Below are positions 17,901-26,495 of a stretch of 64,000 nucleotides of DNA, piece after piece; position 1 is the first letter of the stretch; each line of letters opens with the position of its first letter. Location: NCBI GenBank assembly GCA_017411605.1, contig JAFQPR010000090.1:3761-67760 (forward strand), written 5' to 3'. Made by a program: the position numbers and the translations under genes. The stretch comes from Clostridia bacterium. GTDB lineage: Bacteria; Bacillota; Clostridia; Oscillospirales; CAG-272. Under the pieces are notes generated by a model. The model saw only the letters and a list, made by a program, of their open reading frames with translations. It was not told where the DNA came from and did not search any database.

Positions 17901-20314
17901 GTATTCTTAGGAAGATCAAAGACCTCGTCCGTGCCCTTACTTATTATCTGCTGATCCGACTTATCTCCGTCGTTATTCGCGTTAAGTATGAGAGTATTAA
18001 TTCTCGCCTGCCATACGGCATAGAGGACCGCAGATGCGCTGCCGCCCATCGTATATGATTCGGTATCGCCGTATTCAACGGTACCCGTGGGACTCGTGCT
18101 CCAGCCGAGGAAGTCGTATCCCACTCTTACGAACGTATTTGCGGGAAGAACGGTCGATTCATCGGTCAAAAGAGTTATGCTGCCCATCTCGCCGCTGCCT
18201 CCGTTGGCGGAGAACGCAAGAGCATTCTCGTTAGGCATCCAAACGGCATAGAGAATATACTCGGATTCCGTTCCCATAACGTAGTTCGCCGTATTCTCGT
18301 ATTCGGCAGATCCTGTTTTAGTTGTGCTCCAGCCGATAAAGGTGTATCCGCTGCGTTCATATAAGCAGTCGTAGAGCGGAGCCGATTCACCCGTGCGAAG
18401 CATTTCGGGAGCCATTGTTCCCTCTCCGCCGTTTGCATCGAAGATTATGCTGTTTAAGCTTGCCTCCCATATAGCGTAGAGTACCACCTCGGAGTCCGCC
18501 GTCATTCTGTAAAGCTCACCGTCCGTATACAAAACTGTACCGTTCGGTGCTTTGCTCCAACCGAGGAACGTGTATCCCTTTAAAACGAATCCGTTCGTCG
18601 GCAGATCAAATTCTCTGTCGGTAGGCTCATCAAGCACCAAGGTATCACCCGTGCCGTTATTTGAATCAAGCGTAAGCTTATTTACTAAAGGCTCCCATAC
18701 CGCATAAAGCGTATACTTTGAATTCGTGCCCATAGTATAGCTTGCCTGATCCTCGTATACTACCTCGCCGTCGGAGCTTGTGCTCCAGCCGCAGAATGTA
18801 TAACCCGCGCGGCTGAATGATACCAACGGAAGCATAACCGAGCTATCGGTCGTAAGGCTTATGCTATCCATATTGCCCGTACCGCCGTTTGCGGAAAACT
18901 CAAGAGTATTACTGTTGGAAACCCATACGGCGTAAAGCGTATAGGACTCACCTGCGCCCATAGTATAGCTTGCCTGATCCTCGTAAACCGCCTCGCCGTC
19001 GGGCGTTGTGCTCCAACCCTGAAGACTGTATCCCTTTTTCGCGAAAACGGAGGGCTTAAGTCTTTCGGTCGCATCGGTGGCGATTTCTTGCGGTGCCATA
19101 TCACCTATACCGCCGTTCGCGTTAAAAATAACCTTGTTGATATTGGGAGTCCACTCGGCAAATAAGTGGATACCGTTCTTCTCTATAAGAGCTATATCAC
19201 CCGCTGTTACAGTATCCCCCGCTCCGTTTTTCCAAGCAGAGTTAACGTAACCCGCGAACACGAGCGTAGCAAGCTCGAAGTCATCATCAACTATTTCATA
19301 GGAAAGAGCTATACTTCTTGAGCTTCTGTATACTACCGCTCTCTCCGTATATGAGGTTTCATAAGGAATGATATTTGAAAACAGCCCGCTCCACGCGCTG
19401 TCAAGAAGATATGCGCCGAGTATCGCGCCCTTTACTCGATAGCAGTATTTATCGGTCGCCCCGACGAGGGGTGTGAGAGCATCCGAATTAAGAACTACGG
19501 TATCGAGAGCCGCGAACTTTTGGCACTCGGAGATGTCGGTCACGCTGTTATCTATAACCAACGTAGTTATCTTTGCGATATCTTCGCTTGAAAGAAGCGT
19601 TTTGTTTTCATTTTTCAGAATAGCATCGGAAAGCGCGCCCTCCGACATCTTTATCTTAAAATCTATTTCGGTCGTATTGAAAAGCTTTTCGCCATCCTTG
19701 AAGGTCAGAATTATCTTTCCCTCTCCAAGACCGACAGCCCTAAGATATATTTTGCTGCCGTCATAGGATATAAGAAATGCGTTTGTTTCTTCTCCGCTAT
19801 CCGACCTCACCTTTACCTCGCAGTAATCCTCTATATCAAGAGCGCGAGGCTTCGTCACGACGTCAAAGGCTACCAAATTATTGTAGATAGCCGTCTGCTC
19901 TCCTATCGGAAGCGCTCCCTCACCGTTGAGAACACCGTAGACCTCTGTAAGCGATGTTATTACGTTAAGCTTTACAGTTTTTTCCGTCTTCGTGTTTTTC
20001 TCATGGATCGTAACGAGTATATCCTCCGTGGGTATCTCATTTATAAGTATCTCTCCCGCCGAGGTAATACTTACCTTGCTCGAAGAGGACGTAAACGTAA
20101 ATCTCGATTCAACGGTATTACCGTCTTTATCCGTAAGATTCGGAGAGAGCTTGTAGCTCTGACCGAGATAAACGTTTATTTCATCGGCTATCGATATCTC
20201 AAATTCTTCGGTCTCGGGTACGAACTGCTCCTTAAGACTGCGGCAAGAGATAAGAGAAGATGCCAAAAGAATAAAAGCTATGAAAAGTAAAAACGTTTTT
20301 AAAGTCTTTTTCAT
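14960..20314 (-). CDS. 1784-aa surface lipoprotein: Big_2-like and LRR-like N-terminus, at least 13 Listeria/Bacteroides (Flg_new) repeats, and a C-terminal Gly-rich GGxGGxGG region
   Basis: Signal peptide plus lipobox MKKTLKTFLLFIAFILLASSLIS|C. Repeated GYTF.GWS....G...Y......Y.M......LYA.W units. The tail reads YGGAGGAGSEG...GGKGGN...GGAGGVGGVGGEGG...GGDGGAGGAGG...GAGGNGGNGGDGGKG (about 14963-15460). Confidence 0.85.
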   Translation of the reverse strand: MKKTLKTFLLFIAFILLASSLISCRSLKEQFVPETEEFEISIADEINVYLGQSYKLSPNLTDKDGNTVESRFTFTSSSSKVSITSAGEILINEIPTEDILVTIHEKNTKTEKTVKLNVITSLTEVYGVLNGEGALPIGEQTAIYNNLVAFDVVTKPRALDIEDYCEVKVRSDSGEETNAFLISYDGSKIYLRAVGLGEGKIILTFKDGEKLFNTTEIDFKIKMSEGALSDAILKNENKTLLSSEDIAKITTLVIDNSVTDISECQKFAALDTVVLNSDALTPLVGATDKYCYRVKGAILGAYLLDSAWSGLFSNIIPYETSYTERAVVYRSSRSIALSYEIVDDDFELATLVFAGYVNSAWKNGAGDTVTAGDIALIEKNGIHLFAEWTPNINKVIFNANGGIGDMAPQEIATDATERLKPSVFAKKGYSLQGWSTTPDGEAVYEDQASYTMGAGESYTLYAVWVSNSNTLEFSANGGTGNMDSISLTTDSSVMLPLVSFSRAGYTFCGWSTSSDGEVVYEDQASYTMGTNSKYTLYAVWEPLVNKLTLDSNNGTGDTLVLDEPTDREFDLPTNGFVLKGYTFLGWSKAPNGTVLYTDGELYRMTADSEVVLYAIWEASLNSIIFDANGGEGTMAPEMLRTGESAPLYDCLYERSGYTFIGWSTTKTGSAEYENTANYVMGTESEYILYAVWMPNENALAFSANGGSGEMGSITLLTDESTVLPANTFVRVGYDFLGWSTSPTGTVEYGDTESYTMGGSASAVLYAVWQARINTLILNANNDGDKSDQQIISKGTDEVFDLPKNTFAIPGYTFLGWSYKYDGSVNFTDEASYKMSHEESVTLYAVWQANSNEIIFSANIDGVVGTMQNQIIKTDATAKLNKCRFKKDGYTFLGWSTTADGEVELADGEEYLMTSAPSRTLYAIWSKDSYTIRYVLSGGINSNDAVYAYDVESDTITLGIPARAGYTFVGWYTEPEMVTAIQAIERGTFGDIVLYAKWIVNTNKLYLDPNGGEGAVDPIEMVTDSAQYIPAVNTIFYKNGYTFVGWSKTPTGEVVYSDNASYTMGTDAEYTLYAIWKRDTYTITYELDRGINASNPTSYHVESDTIELLEPTKSGFTFLGWYTDPSMTSGRITAIESGSHGNLVLYAKWSANTYTVTFNPNGGEGTMASQTMKSGEIQNLSENLFFRNDTHPTFLGWALTPNGRLVYTNGEAFRMEAADITLYALWSSNEYAITYVLDGGINSIENVSSYNSGNDEIPLYAPTKVGSEFVGWYTNSAFTNKIDCIPENAEPQLTLYAKWDPIEYIITAGDKQYVRHYGDEYNIPALTMKGYNFDGWFYNGALISESTQMLITSDHELESSWSIRSYSISYSMGDWQKVGESYPESFTVDSVLTLSSPTYKYYPEYNEFDGWYLDSEFTVPFDAEALLEDPFDITLYPKSKKPITAIYTSVESTPDLSAKRVIIDWSGVTTLDLSSYSRAGSTGCLNNNIIEIYNTVEEVIFIGNSSKIFENLSLNVRDFASGQILNISFIDFNFHSMVDGALKPTSGECDAILNINVEGKVEIATVAASGSVIGKSDAKFTNDINFTGSGEINLTAGNGAEDSDGGVAIYAKYITLTSGVTVKAYGGAGGAGSEGDEGKDSSWWSATSGDDGNPGGKGGNAIVLSGVIDDRLLGYSNLTAKGGAGGVGGVGGEGGRNKGWFSTGASGGDGGAGGAGGIGMIDSLGTKAYQAGAGGNGGNGGDGGKGLSKYGSDGDGGNGGVNGYGTTHESNTHSGQTGGKGTSGT

Positions 20315-20316
20315 CG

Positions 20317-21270
20317 TTATCCATCTCCTTTGATCAAAGTAAGCTCGCCGCCGTCGAGCTGCCAGAATCTGTTGTCAAAATCCAGCTCAACAAAAATATT
20401 GTTCTCGTTAAACACCTTCGCCTTATCGCCCGACGGATAAAAGCTTTCGCCGTGATCCGCGGCAAAGAGCGTGTTCGATATAAGAACGTTGACGTTCGAG
20501 GTTTCTCCCTCTCCCACGTCGCAGAATCTTACCGCAGCAAGAGTTGCGTTTACTTTGTTACCGTTAAGCACCTCAAGCTTCGACGTGCAGTCAAAATCCT
20601 TATAGTCTGCGGTAACGACGGCGTTCTTTACTGTTCCGTAGTTATATACGCAGACCGCGCCCGTGAACACCTTATCCTCCGCAGCATCCTCGATACCGCG
20701 GTTTACGAACACGCCGTCGGCAACGATATTACTTATCTCACCGCGGTTTGTAGTAACGAAGGGCGAGAAGGTTCCCGTACGCGTAAGTCCCGTGCTGAAG
20801 CTTACCGTGCAGTTTGAAATGCTACCCTCGTTGCAGGTTGCAACGCCGCCGTAGCTTCGGGAGGATACGTCGAATTCACCGAAAACGAAGTTGACGTTCT
20901 TTATCACAGCACCCTCGGCTACCCTGCCGAAGAGCGAAAAGCCGTCAGCGCTTCCCGAGATATTTACGTACACGGTATGACCGTTTCCGTCAAAGCTGCC
21001 CTCGAATACTCTCTCAAGACCTCCAAGGCAGATATCCGGATCCGTAACCGTAACGTCACCCACAAGCACGCACTCGTCGTTGTAAAGCGAGTCCTTATGC
21101 CTTAAAAGCTCCTCACTGTCGCGTATCACAACCGATTCCTGCTTTTCAATGTAAAACGGAATAGTACTTGCCATCTTAACATACGCAAGCAAGACGGCGA
21201 GAGTGCACATTATTACCGAAAGCGTTATAAGACGCGCTCTGTTTTTGTTTAGTTTTATATGCTTTGCCAT
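20317..21270 (-). CDS. Membrane-anchored GLUG-repeat (beta-helix-like) extracytoplasmic protein
   Basis: N-terminal TM anchor LITLSVIMCTLAVLLAYV. FEGSFDGNGHTVYV followed by repeated G.(V/I).N motifs (LFGRVAEGAVIKNVNF, YGGVATCNEGSISNCTV, NRGEISNIVA, NYGTVKNAVV). ATG at 21270 lies 1 nt after the upstream stop, with GGTGGA as SD. The ORF-track alternative is GTG at 21279. Confidence 0.55.
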   Translation of the reverse strand: MAKHIKLNKNRARLITLSVIMCTLAVLLAYVKMASTIPFYIEKQESVVIRDSEELLRHKDSLYNDECVLVGDVTVTDPDICLGGLERVFEGSFDGNGHTVYVNISGSADGFSLFGRVAEGAVIKNVNFVFGEFDVSSRSYGGVATCNEGSISNCTVSFSTGLTRTGTFSPFVTTNRGEISNIVADGVFVNRGIEDAAEDKVFTGAVCVYNYGTVKNAVVTADYKDFDCTSKLEVLNGNKVNATLAAVRFCDVGEGETSNVNVLISNTLFAADHGESFYPSGDKAKVFNENNIFVELDFDNRFWQLDGGELTLIKGDG

Positions 21271-21271
21271 A

Positions 21272-23770
21272 TCATCCACCGCCTAACAAGCTCTTAATGA
21301 AGCTTAAGTCAAGTCTGATAAAATAGAGTACAAGAAACGCAACCACGTAGCACACCATAGGTAAAATAACACAGAAGAGCGTTACCTTGTTTGCTTTTCT
21401 TGAATTTCCTTTAATCAGAAAAAAAGTCAGATTTACCGCCATTGCCAAAACGGGAATGGCAACGTGCCAAAGCTCAACAAAGCTGAGCGCACGGCTAACG
21501 AAGGATGCGAAATTAAACGGACCTGTCACAAGCGCCTGAACGAATGGCGGCGTGGCAATTAAAAGCGCCGATATAAACGCAAAAAGAAGCGACCAAAAAA
21601 ATATACCCGATCTTTTACTGCTCTTTTCTACCTTGCGGTCCATTCCGAACTCGTCTATAACAGCCTCTACTATCTTTATCTTTTGCCTCGGATTCTTACT
21701 GTCAAGCGCGCTCTCGGGGCTCTTTTTCGTAACCTTTTTCCTCGACTTTTCGGAGAAGGTTCCGTAGAGGCTCTTTGTAAAGTCTGTTCTGAATTTTTCA
21801 AATCTCGCGCTGATATTGCGTTCAAGACGCAAGCTGTCAACAAACGCCTTTAGCTCACCCGAATCTCCTACGGGAGCCTCCGAGTGAATATTATTATACA
21901 GCTCTCTCAGCCTTGCGAGAAGCTCTCTGTTTTCAAGCTGTTTGAATATAGCGTCCTTCGCAAACGATGCGTCGCAGAGTCTGGCGTTCACCTTATTTCT
22001 GAGCGCCTCATAAGGAGAGCTCATATTGTTTATTCGCTCTGATGCGGTAACGAGAGCTTCAATGCTCATATCGCCGATAAGCTCGTCGCATATCCAATCC
22101 TCTCCGAATGCCTCGCCCTCATCAAAGATAAACTCGGTAAATTTACCGTCAAGCTCATACGTACTGTCGGAGGCTCCGCTTATCTGATATATCAGCTCTT
22201 CTATCTTCTCATATACGGAGATTATCAGATTCATCTCTTCCGCGGCACCGACACCGTCCTTGTGTATCGCGCGCTTGAAGCCCTTTAATCTTATGCGTCT
22301 TCCGCCCTTGTTTGCGTCCTTAAGATACGCCGAGAGCATAAGCATAGCAAGCACCGTCACGCGGCTCTCCTCATCGGAAAGCTCTGAGATGACGTCAAAT
22401 ATTTTTTCACCGCTGTTCTGCTCTGCCAAGGGAATGACCTTATAACGGTTATTTATGTTAGAAAGCGCGACAAGCTGAGATAAATACTCGGGATAAGCCT
22501 CATCCGTGAGCCATCTCGCATTGCGCTTATCGAAAAGAGCCTTGATCAAAACTCTGAACAGCGCGTCAATTCTCACGGTATCAGCGGGTATCACGTTTCT
22601 TGCGCCGTCGAGCAAGGCGCGGAGATGATCGCTTCTGCCTATCATATAATCCTTAAGCGAGCCTATCTCCTCGGTGCTTATAACCGATAGGTTTGCTATC
22701 TTATTACCTGCAAAATCATCTGCTGTTGACACCTTTATGCTCTCATCCGACGATCTTATCCTGTTTACTGCCGCCGATTGAGAGGGCGTCATATATTCAG
22801 CCGCAAGAAGGTATCTTACGGCATCGGTAGCCGCATCGTATCCTAGAGTCTTGATCCCATCGGGCGCTTCAACGTAAGCTGAAATAAGCTTCTCTGCTGC
22901 AACACCGCCCTGCACCGTGCCGAGAGCTCTCGCAAAGGCAAACTCCTCCGACGCAATGATCATCTTTAGCATAGCGAGATCGATCTTACCGTCAATATAA
23001 ACTCTCTGAATAACGCTCCTGAGCTTTGACACGGCGTTGAAATCCCTGAGGTCAAGTGTTGATATATATTCTCCGAGCGCGCTTTGCGGCATATCGCAGT
23101 TATCCTTATGAGAAACCGAATCGATCACTGTATTGAATACGGAAAGATTGCTGTACTGCGCGCTGCTGAGCCGATTTACAAGCACGGATAAACGAAGGGA
23201 TATATTTATTCCTTCACCCGATTCCGATGTGTATCTCATTTCCTGCGAAGCAGGCGATGAAGCCGTAACAAAAAATCCCGCTTTATTCATTATTTCGGTC
23301 GGAAGAATGAAATAAAGCATTTTTAGATAGCTTTCCGCCTCCTCGTAACCGTTAACACCAAGAACAATTCCGTTTGTCTTATCGGAAAACAGAAGCTGAT
23401 CCGTAAGCTTTGCAAGAGCGCAGGCATCCGGAGCTGCGGTCGATAGGCTGATCGGGCGAGAGGTATATCTGCCCCCGCTCGTCATTCTCGCTATCTCCCT
23501 CTCGTTTATTTGCGCGAAGGAAAGGATAGGAGTTGCTTCACCCATCTCCGTATCCGCGCAGAATAATCCGTTTATAAGCTGATTGCCGTGAGAATCGTCC
23601 TCGGATCTCATTATAAGGCGGCCGCCGTCGCTTGCCACTGCGTAAAGGCAATATTCGGTCTCGCTTATCTCGTTTCTCAAATATTCCGCAAATTTTGCCG
23701 CGCCGCGGTTATTCGGATTAGTTACGTGCACGTATCCCGACGGAGTATGATAATATTTATATGAAATCAT
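21272..23770 (-). CDS. 832-aa protein of unknown family: large cytosolic helical N-terminal region plus 3-4 C-terminal TM helices
   Basis: AGGAGG SD 7 nt upstream. C-terminus GIFFWSLLFAFISALLIATPPFV, HVAIPVLAMAVNLTFFLI and VTLFCVILPMVCYVVAFLVLYFI. No catalytic motif recognised. Confidence 0.6.
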   Translation of the reverse strand: MISYKYYHTPSGYVHVTNPNNRGAAKFAEYLRNEISETEYCLYAVASDGGRLIMRSEDDSHGNQLINGLFCADTEMGEATPILSFAQINEREIARMTSGGRYTSRPISLSTAAPDACALAKLTDQLLFSDKTNGIVLGVNGYEEAESYLKMLYFILPTEIMNKAGFFVTASSPASQEMRYTSESGEGINISLRLSVLVNRLSSAQYSNLSVFNTVIDSVSHKDNCDMPQSALGEYISTLDLRDFNAVSKLRSVIQRVYIDGKIDLAMLKMIIASEEFAFARALGTVQGGVAAEKLISAYVEAPDGIKTLGYDAATDAVRYLLAAEYMTPSQSAAVNRIRSSDESIKVSTADDFAGNKIANLSVISTEEIGSLKDYMIGRSDHLRALLDGARNVIPADTVRIDALFRVLIKALFDKRNARWLTDEAYPEYLSQLVALSNINNRYKVIPLAEQNSGEKIFDVISELSDEESRVTVLAMLMLSAYLKDANKGGRRIRLKGFKRAIHKDGVGAAEEMNLIISVYEKIEELIYQISGASDSTYELDGKFTEFIFDEGEAFGEDWICDELIGDMSIEALVTASERINNMSSPYEALRNKVNARLCDASFAKDAIFKQLENRELLARLRELYNNIHSEAPVGDSGELKAFVDSLRLERNISARFEKFRTDFTKSLYGTFSEKSRKKVTKKSPESALDSKNPRQKIKIVEAVIDEFGMDRKVEKSSKRSGIFFWSLLFAFISALLIATPPFVQALVTGPFNFASFVSRALSFVELWHVAIPVLAMAVNLTFFLIKGNSRKANKVTLFCVILPMVCYVVAFLVLYFIRLDLSFIKSLLGGG

Positions 23771-23782
23771 AGCGAGTCCTCC

Positions 23783-25894
23783 TTAATTAATTACGCCAAA
23801 CTGCTTCAGCATCCATATAAACGGAAGCTCTATTCTCTGACCCGAGCAGCCGAATCTCTGCACACCGATATCGTCCTCGCTCTCTCCCACTCTGTGAATA
23901 CTGTCAAAGAAATTGAATGCGGCGATGCTGAAGAATTTAATGTTTTTGTATTTGTCAAGATTCGGCAAAAGTCCCTCGTTTATAAGATAAGACTTTATCT
24001 CCTCACTCGAATAATCTATAGAATGCTCAAGCCAGCTTCCCTCGTATCTCGAATAGGGATATGAGAGATAATCTGTTCGCAGACAATGGCAGTTAGAATC
24101 GAATTTATCTCTTAAAAGGTCCATTTTAGTAAGTATGACCGCAATGGGGCTCTCGGGATCAAGGCCTTCATTTTCCTTCGTTTTTATAGCGCTTTGTAAA
24201 GTTTCGGCTACATTTTTGAGTCCGTTGCCGTCTTTTTTACCGTTTACTATAAAGAATACGCCTATCGGAGCGCCGCCCGCGATCTTCTGCGTCATCTTCC
24301 ATTCGCTCTCGGCATTCTCACCCGCTATATCGTAGAAGGAAACGTAATTCTTACCGCCAACCTCAACGGTGAACGGAAGCTTTGTCAGAATATCCTTATC
24401 GGTGGTTGCGTTCGGGAACTTCTTTCCGACTATATCTATCGAGCGCTCGTCGTATTCCTTGCGATGCTCGGTCCAGTTCTGGTCCATCATCTTATAGCCG
24501 TGATCGTCGCTGACGAGTCTGTTTACAGAGGCAGCCTTAAGTCTGACCTTGAATTTATTCAAGCTGTTTTTGAGCATATCGCAACTCATAGAGCAGAGCT
24601 TTTTCTCACTAATAGCATCTCTGGACGAAGACATCGTTTCTTCAAGCGACGCGGTTTCGCTTATGATATCAAAGAATCTCGAGATATACGTGGTCTTACC
24701 CGAACGGGTAGAGCCTGTGAAAGCGATCTTAAAGCCCTCGTGCTCCAGGTAACCGAGTGGTAAGGTTCTCTCGAAGCTTTCTCGGAAGCCGATCTTCCCC
24801 GAATTGATTTTCAAATCATCCTGACAGTAAAGCGTGCGTTTAGCGAGCTTACCTGCGCTCGTATATATCTTGGGGTGCTGATTGAACTTAATATCAGACT
24901 CCTTACCCGCATCGTTACCCTGGCAGGAAATACCGCCGGAGAGATAATAGAAATGCTTTTTCACAAAGCTTTTAATAGGCTTATGGCAATAAGGACAGCT
25001 CAAAACCCTGGGATAAAGATAGGTAGATCTCGGAGGTATCCTTACCGATTCGTTTTTCATACTCTCGAGAAGGTAGAAGCGCTTCATAGGTTCATCCGTA
25101 AACGAAAGCGAGAACACCGCAGATGCGAGCTCGGGGTCATCGAGTCTGACAGTCGCCTCGGCAATGCCCTTTTTATTGAATATGAGCTCTATCGGATCTC
25201 CGATTCTGTTAAGAGCCGCATCTCCCGCAAGGCAAGGCAATCTGTCATTGTTGAAAACAAGATTAACGTAGATTCCAACGGGAGCATCCTTGCACTTTGC
25301 TTTTATATGTACGTTTTCACCCGATAGCTCGAGTGAGTAAAATATCTTTTTTCTGACTGTATAGTTTATCGCGAAGAAGAACTTGGCAACGAGATTCTTC
25401 TCTCTGCCCTCTCCCTTATAGTACTCGATAATTCCCGTTCCCGACTGATTGACAGCGCCCTTGTTTTCAAGAATGAAGCGGCATTTTTCCTGCCAATACT
25501 TCTCAAAGGTGATAACGGTTGTGGGCTTGAACTCGGCAACGCGGTAGGTATGCCCCTCGGCATCCGAAAGGCTCGCGCAATCTATACCCTTAACGTCAAA
25601 GGTATAAACGGCAGAGTCAAACGGAAGGGCGGAAAGGGCCTCTTTTTTGACCTCAAGGAAATCTCTTGCCGCAGCAACGGATTCTGCTCTTGACGTACTT
25701 TTATCTCCCTTGACCTTAAGGTAGATATCCGATTTTCCGTTCCATTCCTCGAAGGTCGAGAAAAGGCAATAAGTCATATTCTTATCGTAATAATCGCGTT
25801 CAAAATAGAGCTTGGGCGTAGCAATGCCGTCACTGCCAAAGACCTTTTCTATCTGATATTCAAAATAGTATTCTGCGGTCTGTACGTTACCCAT
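23783..25894 (-). CDS. P-loop GTPase (TRAFAC-type G1-G5 motifs in the C-terminal half) with a beta-rich N-terminal region and a CPYC zinc-ribbon-like element
   Basis: G1 FTGSTRSGKTT (about 24692-24718). G3 FYDIAGE. G4 ILTKMDL. G5 FSIAAF. SCPYCHKPI...GGISCQG lies upstream of the GTPase domain. I prefer ATG 25894 (AGGAGA, 6-nt spacing, overlapping the rSAM stop codon) to the ORF-track ATG 25918. Confidence 0.7.
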   Translation of the reverse strand: MGNVQTAEYYFEYQIEKVFGSDGIATPKLYFERDYYDKNMTYCLFSTFEEWNGKSDIYLKVKGDKSTSRAESVAAARDFLEVKKEALSALPFDSAVYTFDVKGIDCASLSDAEGHTYRVAEFKPTTVITFEKYWQEKCRFILENKGAVNQSGTGIIEYYKGEGREKNLVAKFFFAINYTVRKKIFYSLELSGENVHIKAKCKDAPVGIYVNLVFNNDRLPCLAGDAALNRIGDPIELIFNKKGIAEATVRLDDPELASAVFSLSFTDEPMKRFYLLESMKNESVRIPPRSTYLYPRVLSCPYCHKPIKSFVKKHFYYLSGGISCQGNDAGKESDIKFNQHPKIYTSAGKLAKRTLYCQDDLKINSGKIGFRESFERTLPLGYLEHEGFKIAFTGSTRSGKTTYISRFFDIISETASLEETMSSSRDAISEKKLCSMSCDMLKNSLNKFKVRLKAASVNRLVSDDHGYKMMDQNWTEHRKEYDERSIDIVGKKFPNATTDKDILTKLPFTVEVGGKNYVSFYDIAGENAESEWKMTQKIAGGAPIGVFFIVNGKKDGNGLKNVAETLQSAIKTKENEGLDPESPIAVILTKMDLLRDKFDSNCHCLRTDYLSYPYSRYEGSWLEHSIDYSSEEIKSYLINEGLLPNLDKYKNIKFFSIAAFNFFDSIHRVGESEDDIGVQRFGCSGQRIELPFIWMLKQFGVIN

Positions 25895-25904
25895 ATTATT
25901 TCTC

Positions 25905-26489
25905 CTATGTATTTTCATTAAAATTTCTGATATATTCCTTGGTGGGAATTCCTACGGAAAGAACGTAGCTGCCGAAATTAAAGGTCTGCACCTCTCTTTT
26001 ATCCGAAGCATAGTCCTCGTATCTTTTTCTGAAGCTCTCATCAAGGATATGTATTCTCTGATTTTTACTGCCTGCAAGATTCCCCGTGTCATCGTTTTGC
26101 TCAGCAATATACGGCCCGTCGATAAGCACCGCTATCATGCCGAGTATTGCGTCAACCGTCGGGTCACGCATTGCGGTAAGCTCCTCGAGAGTATATCCCG
26201 TATAAACGAGGATATCCCTTATTCCCTTATCACGAAGGAAGCTCACGAGCGATAAAAGCTCAGCCGCCTGATAAAAAGGCTCGCCACCCGATATCGAAAC
26301 ACCGTCGATATCATCGTACGCAAATGCCGAAAAGTACTCCGGAACATCACATTCGTTTTCGGGAGCTTCCCGCCTTAACGTCGGGGATATACATCCGGGG
26401 CAGTTTCTCGGGCAGCCGTTTACCCAGACTGCCATTCTGTTTCCCGGGCCTAGCGCTGTTATCCCCGTAAAGGTTCTTTCTATCTGCAT
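25905..26489 (-). CDS. NrdG-family radical-SAM glycyl-radical-enzyme-activase-like protein (194 aa)
   Basis: LGPGNRMAVWVNGCPRNCPGC (CxxxCxxC, about 26392-26418). DGVSISGGEPF. VYTGYTLEEL. VLIDGPYI...AGSKNQRIHIL. This is collinear with the E. coli NrdG motifs NGPG.R..L.V.GC...C.GC / SGGDP / WTGY / VDG.F...RGSSNQ. Confidence 0.8.
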   Translation of the reverse strand: MQIERTFTGITALGPGNRMAVWVNGCPRNCPGCISPTLRREAPENECDVPEYFSAFAYDDIDGVSISGGEPFYQAAELLSLVSFLRDKGIRDILVYTGYTLEELTAMRDPTVDAILGMIAVLIDGPYIAEQNDDTGNLAGSKNQRIHILDESFRKRYEDYASDKREVQTFNFGSYVLSVGIPTKEYIRNFNENT

Positions 26490-26495
26490 CCGTGC

